Positions 57,822 to 64,000 of a DNA stretch of 64,000 bases are shown in pieces. This DNA comes from an uncultured delta proteobacterium (lineage in GTDB: Bacteria > Bdellovibrionota > FAC87 > UBA2466). The DNA is taken from the NCBI GenBank assembly GCA_963778115.1, contig CAVZSV010000004.1, positions 1,536,001 through 1,600,000 of the forward strand, read 5' to 3'. Below the pieces are notes generated by a model. It ran no database searches. It saw nothing but the letters and a program-made list of their open reading frames with translations, and was not told where the DNA came from. Every line of letters starts with the position of its first letter. Position 1 is the stretch's first letter. A program made the translations under genes and the position numbers.

Positions 57822-59416
57822 TGATGTCTTATCTTCTTGTAGCACTCGTTGTTCTGCCGTTATTAGGAGCCGCAGTTCTCGTACCACTGGCGGAACGGAC
57901 GGCAAAACCGATCGCTCTGGTGACGACGCTCATTGGGTTTGTGCTATCGATTATTCTCTATTTTAAGTTCGATGCCGATCATGCAAGCCAACTTCAGTTT
58001 GGATTCGCTTATAGCTGGATCAAATCGCTCAATATTCAATTCGGGCTTGGGGTCGACGGAATCAGCTTCCCGCTCGTGTTGCTCACAAAATTCATGATGC
58101 CCATTGCGGTTTTGGCCAGTTGGGGCGAAAAACGACGTGAGCGCGCTTTCATGACGGCCTTTCTGGTCTTAGACGCCGCCATGACGGGAACTTTCCTAGC
58201 TACCGATATTTTTCTCTTTTATGTCTTTTGGGAACTCATGCTCATCCCGATGATCCTCATCATCGGAATCTGGGGGAGTCAGGACCGGATCTACGCGTCT
58301 ATCAAATTTTTTCTTTTTACGTTCGCCGGAAGTGTCTTGATGTTAGTCGGCATTTTCTGGATCTTTGCAGCGCACCAGACTCAGTTTGGTTTTCCCACGG
58401 GTGAGATTCACTCCTTCTATCGACTAACTTTTAGCAACGATCCGGTTTGGTTGGGCCTTGCGATCAAGGATTGGATCTTTTTGGCTTTCACACTCGCCTT
58501 TGCGATTAAGATTCCTCTATTCCCGCTTCACACTTGGCTGCCCGACGCCCACGTTCAGGCTCCTACCGGCGGTAGTATCCTCTTGGCCGCAGTGTTACTT
58601 AAGATGGGAACTTACGGCATTTTGCGGTTCTCCATTCCCATCTGTCCTAGCTCTTTTACCCTTTTTGCTCCAAGCCTTGCCGTCCTGTCATTAGTGGGAA
58701 TCGTCTATGGAGCTTGGGTCGCCTTTCAGCAGACTGATTTTAAGAAGTTGGTCGCTTATTCCTCGGTGAGCCATTTGGGTTTTGTGATGTTGGGACTTTG
58801 TGCCACCAACGGAGAAGGGCTGACAGGTGCCGTGTTGCAGATGGTAAACCACGGATTAAGCACGGGCGCTTTATTCCTATTGGTTGGGGCGCTTTACGAG
58901 CGCCGCCACAGCCGCAATTTTGCTGACTTTGGCGGACTTGCCGAGTGCTTACCTTGGTTCGCCGTCTTCCTAGTATTTGTCTCTTGTTCCAGCATGGCGG
59001 TTCCCGGCCTTAACGGCTTTGTCGGTGAATTCCTCATCCTCTTTGGAACTTTCAAATTTAACCATGTCTGGGGATCAGTGGCGGTCACGGGCGTCATCTT
59101 TGGAGCGGTGTACATGCTACTTATGTTGAGGAAAGTTCTCTTCGGCGGGAACGTTTCCCAAGAGAATCGCTCTCTGTCCGATTTAGTAGCTCGTGATTGG
59201 GCAGCCCTGGTCCCGCTAACCGTCTGTATCGTTGTATTGGGGGTATACCCGAATTTCCTCTTGGGTAAAGTACACAAGTCCCTTGAAGACTATTGGCCAG
59301 GGATAACCGCATCGCAGACACTAGCCCCCGCGGTGAAGACGACAAACGCATCGGGCACCTCGCCAAACGCTGCCCTCAATGTCCAGACGGTGGTCGCTTC
59401 GGAGACTAAGCCATGA
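57821..59416 (+). CDS. nuoM: NADH-quinone oxidoreductase subunit M (set 2)
   Basis: FWELMLIPM, KIPLFPLHTWLPDAHVQAP, LLKMGTYG; TAATG overlap with nuoL2. Confidence 0.95.
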   Translation: MMSYLLVALVVLPLLGAAVLVPLAERTAKPIALVTTLIGFVLSIILYFKFDADHASQLQFGFAYSWIKSLNIQFGLGVDGISFPLVLLTKFMMPIAVLASWGEKRRERAFMTAFLVLDAAMTGTFLATDIFLFYVFWELMLIPMILIIGIWGSQDRIYASIKFFLFTFAGSVLMLVGIFWIFAAHQTQFGFPTGEIHSFYRLTFSNDPVWLGLAIKDWIFLAFTLAFAIKIPLFPLHTWLPDAHVQAPTGGSILLAAVLLKMGTYGILRFSIPICPSSFTLFAPSLAVLSLVGIVYGAWVAFQQTDFKKLVAYSSVSHLGFVMLGLCATNGEGLTGAVLQMVNHGLSTGALFLLVGALYERRHSRNFADFGGLAECLPWFAVFLVFVSCSSMAVPGLNGFVGEFLILFGTFKFNHVWGSVAVTGVIFGAVYMLLMLRKVLFGGNVSQENRSLSDLVARDWAALVPLTVCIVVLGVYPNFLLGKVHKSLEDYWPGITASQTLAPAVKTTNASGTSPNAALNVQTVVASETKP

Positions 59417-60900
59417 ATACGGTCGTAACCTACTTCCTCTATCCCATTTCACCGCTGTTATCTCTTACTCTCACTGCATGCCTTCTCATCGGTTTAGAAT
59501 GTATTCCCAGCCTTCCCCTGCCGAAACTGAAGTTTGGTGTTGCCATAGCTGGTGCAGCGACGGCTTTGGTATTTACTATACTTCTTTCGGAACTACCGCC
59601 GAACGCGTATGCCACTCTTGGCTATTACGGAAATGCGGGATGGTTGGCTGAGTTTTGGCAGAGCTATCGCCTTGATTCCATCACACTCTCTTTTTACGGC
59701 GGTATTCTCGTTTTTACGGCGATTTCTCTCATCACAATGGCATCGCGCTTCCATGACAGTGAAATCCGATCCGAACTTCTCATCCTGACTCTTTTCATCG
59801 CCACCGGCATGATGCTTTTGGTGTCAGCCGACAATCTGCTCATGGTGTTTCTGGCTCTTGAATTGATGTCATTACCCACTTACGTGTTGGTAGGGATTCA
59901 GCGCCAAGATAAAGCGAGTTGCGAAGCGGCACTGAAATATTTTCTTTTTGGATCTTTCGCCAGTGTTCTGCTCATATTTGGGATAGCGCTCCTTTATGCA
60001 CAGTTCGGAACGCTGAGATTGCCTCAGATTGCGCAGCTGCTCACCGCGTATGGTCCGGCCCTTCCCGTTCCCAAAGGACTAATTTTTGGCGGCCTTTCTC
60101 TGATTAGTATCGCAGCGGCCTTTAAGGTCGGAGTCGTGCCTTTTCACATGTGGGTTCCTGATGCTTACGAAGGGGCTTCAACTCCCATCACTGGCTTCAT
60201 GGGAAGTGCGGTAAAGCTTGCGGGGTTTGGACTTGCGATTCGACTCTTGTGGGGGATGTTTCTTCCTCTGGCTGACCATTGGATTCCGATTATGGAAGTT
60301 CTGGCCGTGGCCAGCATGTTCGTGGGAAATGTAGCGGCGTTAGCTCAGGACAATCTAAAGCGCATGTTCGCCTATTCCAGCATTGCCCATGCGGGCTATC
60401 TTCTTTTGGGAGTCGCTTCTGTCGTTAAAGCAGGCCCGAACATTGGCCCTCTTTATTATTACTTGATGGTCTACGGCATTATGTTCGTTGGACTCTTTGC
60501 CATTCTTGCCATTATCGAGCGCACTCACGGAAGTACCAATATCCACGAGATTACGGGACTAGGATTTACCCATCCGCTTTTAGCCCTGTGTCTAGCGATC
60601 TTCGCGGTCTCGGCAGCCGGCATTCCCCCTACGGCGGGATTTTTTGCCAAATACTTTGTGTTTCTTGAAGCGGTACGGGCGGGAAAAACCGTTGCCGTTA
60701 TCTTAGCCGTCATTAGCAGTGTGATTGGAGCGTATTATTACTTACGAGTCGTGGTCTTTTTGTACATGAAAGAGGCCCGAGAAAAGCTTCCGCTGCCCTC
60801 GGTCCCAAGATTCGTCTATATCTGCATTGTCGTATGCGCAGGGTCGCTCTTGGTACTAGCGGTGTCGCCTTCCCTTCTCAGTTCGCCGCTAGTGAACTAG
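59413..60900 (+). CDS. nuoN: NADH-quinone oxidoreductase subunit N (set 2)
   Basis: EAALKYF, FKVGVVPFHMWVPDAYEGA, KRMFAYSSIAHAGY. Confidence 0.94.
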   Translation: MNTVVTYFLYPISPLLSLTLTACLLIGLECIPSLPLPKLKFGVAIAGAATALVFTILLSELPPNAYATLGYYGNAGWLAEFWQSYRLDSITLSFYGGILVFTAISLITMASRFHDSEIRSELLILTLFIATGMMLLVSADNLLMVFLALELMSLPTYVLVGIQRQDKASCEAALKYFLFGSFASVLLIFGIALLYAQFGTLRLPQIAQLLTAYGPALPVPKGLIFGGLSLISIAAAFKVGVVPFHMWVPDAYEGASTPITGFMGSAVKLAGFGLAIRLLWGMFLPLADHWIPIMEVLAVASMFVGNVAALAQDNLKRMFAYSSIAHAGYLLLGVASVVKAGPNIGPLYYYLMVYGIMFVGLFAILAIIERTHGSTNIHEITGLGFTHPLLALCLAIFAVSAAGIPPTAGFFAKYFVFLEAVRAGKTVAVILAVISSVIGAYYYLRVVVFLYMKEAREKLPLPSVPRFVYICIVVCAGSLLVLAVSPSLLSSPLVN

Positions 60901-60922
60901 TCATCACCGCCTCCTAGAAATA

Positions 60923-61633
60923 TTACGAACCCTGAAGGAAGCTAATTTTGTCCGCACTGGAAAGCCGATAAAACCAGCGCAGTAATCTCAAGGCTTTTTC
61001 GTAGGTATGAGATGAAGCTAAGTTTCGTTCGATCTTTCTGACAAACTTCTTGGCAAAATCACTGGCTTCTCGATAACGAGAGGCCTCTTCTTCGGAAAGA
61101 TCGTCTCGCCAACGAAAGCTAACAAACAAGCGTTCGAAGAGATCTTCAAACCAGACTTTTAAATCGTCCGGCGAATAAGAACCCGCAAAAAATGCCAAAA
61201 TAAATTTGTCGATCTCACCATGGAGTTCTAACTCCAGTTGCCTAACCGAACGCCCCTGAGAAGCGTGATAGAGCAGATAGTGAAAGTGGCTTATCTCTTC
61301 GGTGGCAATCGTGAACGCCCCCATTTCACTGGCGCTCCAGAGCCTAGGATCAGGGCGGAGTTTCGATAATTGCGAACGCACGGTTTCACTGAGATAAATG
61401 CCAAGACTTAGCTCACGAGAAGACTCCTCGGAAGTGCCTGAATGCAAGTAGAGCGCACCACGCAAGGCTTCGTTCTCCGTTTTCCCCGCTCTGAGTTGAA
61501 CCTGCTTTTTCACTTCTTGTGAGACGAGAAAGTCTTCTGCGTGATAGGGCAGGTCAATGTTATAGAGTTTCTTAATGGCGCGATCTATTTTCTTAATCGC
61601 AGATTTCACTCTAGTGCCTAACTTTCGGATCAA
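60923..61633 (-). CDS. Hypothetical protein with a possible metal-binding motif
   Basis: 236-aa ORF with EEISHFHY and ELELHGEIDKF; overlaps the upstream gene. Confidence 0.7.
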   Translation of the reverse strand: MIRKLGTRVKSAIKKIDRAIKKLYNIDLPYHAEDFLVSQEVKKQVQLRAGKTENEALRGALYLHSGTSEESSRELSLGIYLSETVRSQLSKLRPDPRLWSASEMGAFTIATEEISHFHYLLYHASQGRSVRQLELELHGEIDKFILAFFAGSYSPDDLKVWFEDLFERLFVSFRWRDDLSEEEASRYREASDFAKKFVRKIERNLASSHTYEKALRLLRWFYRLSSADKISFLQGS

Positions 61634-62228
61634 ATTTGACCGGAGTTTGAATTCCGTGCTCTGATAGGAGCCCTTTTAAGCGATCATTTCCCGTAATTAA
61701 CCATTTTTCATAAAGGCGTAAGAGGTCAGAGTTACTTTGAAGGCCAGTTCTTTCACTCAGTTCAGAAAGCACATCGGCAAAGAGTTTAAATTTCACCGAT
61801 AGCTCTTTAAAAAGCGTACGAGTAAGTTTGGTCAGTTGTAGATTTGAAAGTTGCCAATAAGCAGTACCGCCCATCCCGAAATAGTAATCGATGTCGATTA
61901 ACTTTCGGTTCAAGCTGTCTGGAAAAAATCCTGTCACCATCAGACACACATCACCCAGCCGTCGAAGCGCCACTCTCTTTTGCTCGGCATCGCCCTGCAG
62001 GTAATCGGCGTAGATCTCGGCCAGTATATTGTTCTTTAATTTTCCCTCGTCGTCGGTTTTAAAAAATTGGCTCGATTCCGTATGTCGAACCATAAGGTCA
62101 ACGAGGTAATGAAAGGAGTCTTGCGCTGTCGAGAGCTGATGTTTTTCCATCAGTTTACGAAGCTCATCCGAAAAAAATTCTCTTACATCAGACACCGGCG
62201 CCGGAGCCGCCTGGGATTTTCGATTCAT
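61611..62228 (-). CDS. Hypothetical helical protein
   Basis: Strong AGGAGG RBS; LRRLGD..L...GFF..SL......DYY..MG..AY pattern. Confidence 0.75.
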   Translation of the reverse strand: MNRKSQAAPAPVSDVREFFSDELRKLMEKHQLSTAQDSFHYLVDLMVRHTESSQFFKTDDEGKLKNNILAEIYADYLQGDAEQKRVALRRLGDVCLMVTGFFPDSLNRKLIDIDYYFGMGGTAYWQLSNLQLTKLTRTLFKELSVKFKLFADVLSELSERTGLQSNSDLLRLYEKWLITGNDRLKGLLSEHGIQTPVKFDPKVRH

Positions 62229-62529
62229 TTCGGTCCTCCTTAAAAGAAAGACGACGGAACGAAGGCTTTGTTATGCGATACACAAGAAGTGGGATCGAGT
62301 CGAAAAAACCTAAGAATTCAACGTGAAGCACTGAGCGCGGATGGGAACCGTTTTGTGTTCGATTACGGTTCATGCTGTGTCTTATATTTTAGCATTTTCT
62401 GCCTGTGCTCCACAGTCCGTTATCGGCGCTTTTGACCAACTGTGGTAGTAAAGGAAATGAGGTACCGCTAAGTATTCAAAATAGCTTGAGTTTAGCGCCG
62501 CAACATTTTGATTCGTCGAGTCACGGGGA

Positions 62530-63360
62530 ATGACAAAATTTAAGTCACCGATTTTATACGCTTTTACCGTGAGCCTCTGGCTCGCCGTGCCGGCGTTCGG
62601 TTTACGAGTCATTACCCTGAGCCCGCAGTCTACCGAGCTGTTTTGGCAGCTCGGAAAGGCATCTGACCTCATCGCCGGATCGAGTGCCCTGCGCACCGAC
62701 GGACCGCGACTGCAATCGGTGGGACCACTTTTCATGCCGAGTATCGAGAAGCTAGCGCGTTTCGCCCCTGACTGGGTGGTGTCAGATAGTTTCTTCACAA
62801 GTCCAACTTTTCTTGAAGGCGTCTCGACTTTGGCCATCTCAAAATTGTCTTTGCAAATCTCAGACCTGCCTTCTCTTCTGTCTGAAAGTCGAAGGGCGCT
62901 TCGTCTGATATATCATGACGAGAAAAATGCCGAGCTCGATAAGGTTGCGCTCTGTATAAGACAGCTTCCTTCTCCCCAGAGCACCTTTCGCTATCTCGCC
63001 TTCACGTGGTTTGATCCCCCCATCCTCTTTGGAGATACGGCCTTTCTTAGCGATCTGATTCGTCGCGCCGGAGGAAAAGCCCCTGAACTTCCAGGCATCA
63101 CTAGCCAATATCCCCAAGTCTCGCAAGAGTGGGTCATTAGCCAACACGTAGATGTCATCTTCTACCTGCAAGAAGGCAACCAGCCTGAAGTTCACCAGGT
63201 CGAAGCGATTGCCAAGCGTTGGTGGAAGACGAAGCCTCCAGTGGTCGTTGCACTGCCCTCGGAGAAATTTGCCATTACTACTTTTACCCCTCTTAAGTAT
63301 TGGTCGACCCTGCGGCCCACCCACGAGCTGAAGACCCCGGAGGCTTGTGAAAACCTCTAA
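62530..63360 (+). CDS. Periplasmic binding protein, BtuF/iron-siderophore class
   Basis: Signal peptide, RVITLSPQSTE, PSIEKL...PD, SDLIRRAGG; adjacent to a FecCD permease. Confidence 0.8.
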   Translation: MTKFKSPILYAFTVSLWLAVPAFGLRVITLSPQSTELFWQLGKASDLIAGSSALRTDGPRLQSVGPLFMPSIEKLARFAPDWVVSDSFFTSPTFLEGVSTLAISKLSLQISDLPSLLSESRRALRLIYHDEKNAELDKVALCIRQLPSPQSTFRYLAFTWFDPPILFGDTAFLSDLIRRAGGKAPELPGITSQYPQVSQEWVISQHVDVIFYLQEGNQPEVHQVEAIAKRWWKTKPPVVVALPSEKFAITTFTPLKYWSTLRPTHELKTPEACENL

Positions 63361-64000
63361 TCCGCGCTTGGTATTTCTAGGACTATTGCTCTGTGTATTG
63401 CTCGTCGCGATAATTCCTTTTTTTGGAGCGGAATCCCTCTCCTGGAAAGAGCTATTGGATCCCAATTCCGTGGGCCATCGGATCTTTTTTGAACTAAGAG
63501 TGCCGAGACTTTGCCTGACGCTTTTGGTGGGAGCGGTCCTTGCTATTTTGGGAGGAACTTATCAAATCCTCTTTCACAACCCTTTGGCCGAGCCCTATGT
63601 CCTTGGCATTTCGTCAGCCGTTACTTTGGGAATCGGAGTCGCTGAGTGCTTTTTCAAAGTTCAAAGTTATTCGCCGCAAGCTTTGATAGGCGGCTTTGTT
63701 GGAGGCGCCATTGCCACTTTGCTGATCGTCTCTCTAGCTCTTTCGCGAATGGGAGATTCCGCGGACCACCTAGTACTTTTTGGAATGGCGTTAAACTTCG
63801 TTCTTTCGTCAGCCCTCTTTCTCCTACTGTCCTATTCCTATCAACACATGGGAGGCGGAAGCCTCCGCTGGCTCTTCGGACAAATCCCGTGGGCCAGCCG
63901 CCGAGAGGTGGGATTGCTGGCACTTGCTGCCATTCCTTTATCCAGTCTCATTATTATTTTTTCTCGTCGTCTAGATGCCCTTGCTTTCGGAGATACCGTC
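63347..64000 (+). CDS. FecCD/BtuC-family ABC permease, 3'-truncated by the window edge
   Basis: GTG start; ELRVPRL, QILFHNPLAEPYVLGISSA motifs; frame open to the window end. Confidence 0.88.
   Translation, partial: MKTSNPRLVFLGLLLCVLLVAIIPFFGAESLSWKELLDPNSVGHRIFFELRVPRLCLTLLVGAVLAILGGTYQILFHNPLAEPYVLGISSAVTLGIGVAECFFKVQSYSPQALIGGFVGGAIATLLIVSLALSRMGDSADHLVLFGMALNFVLSSALFLLLSYSYQHMGGGSLRWLFGQIPWASRREVGLLALAAIPLSSLIIIFSRRLDALAFGDTV

Noticed and set aside
46106..60900. Mrp antiporter or hydrogenase (Ehr/Hyf/Mbx) interpretation of the membrane-subunit operon
   Set aside because: Both sets have true NuoA, H, J and K, and there are no MrpE/F/G or hydrogenase-like subunits.
62229..62529. Cobalamin riboswitch upstream of the BtuF-like gene
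   Set aside because: No recognisable B12-box or conserved riboswitch core by eye; an Rfam search would settle it.
1..64000. CRISPR arrays, rRNA, transposases, prophage or defence systems
   Set aside because: No regularly spaced repeats or recognisable motifs seen; the JAB-only RadC lacks any associated mobile or defence genes.

Overview
A gene-dense, mid-GC bacterial chromosome segment. Gene content and promoter style suggest a Bdellovibrionota-like organism, but this is inference only. The core genes are msbA-like, tmk-holB-metG-tatD, dusB, xerC-hslV-hslU-thyX, mfd, gpsA and tRNA-Leu(CAG). Between them lie cell-envelope genes (WecA-like transferase, NodU carbamoyltransferase, GT-C mannosyltransferase-like protein), a two-component system, an orphan pilT, several secreted or outer-membrane proteins, a YtrA-type ABC operon, a fungal-type glucoamylase and the start of a BtuF/FecCD uptake operon. 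Three observations stand out. (1) A ~14.8 kb, 14-gene operon holds two divergent complex I membrane-arm sets in tandem (nuoA-H-J-K-L-M-N twice) with no nuoB/C/D/E/F/G/I. NuoL1 has a 27-aa tandem duplication in its lateral helix, the hallmark of '2M' complexes, although its own set has only one nuoM. (2) The WecA/MraY-family enzyme is fused to an apparent degenerate GGDEF domain with a correctly spaced RxxD I-site. (3) A three-hairpin sRNA candidate lies divergent from the two-component system. Two single-base frameshifts (mfd and an SLT gene) are probably sequencing errors. No CRISPR array, rRNA, integrase island or transposase was seen. All calls were made by eye, without database searches.
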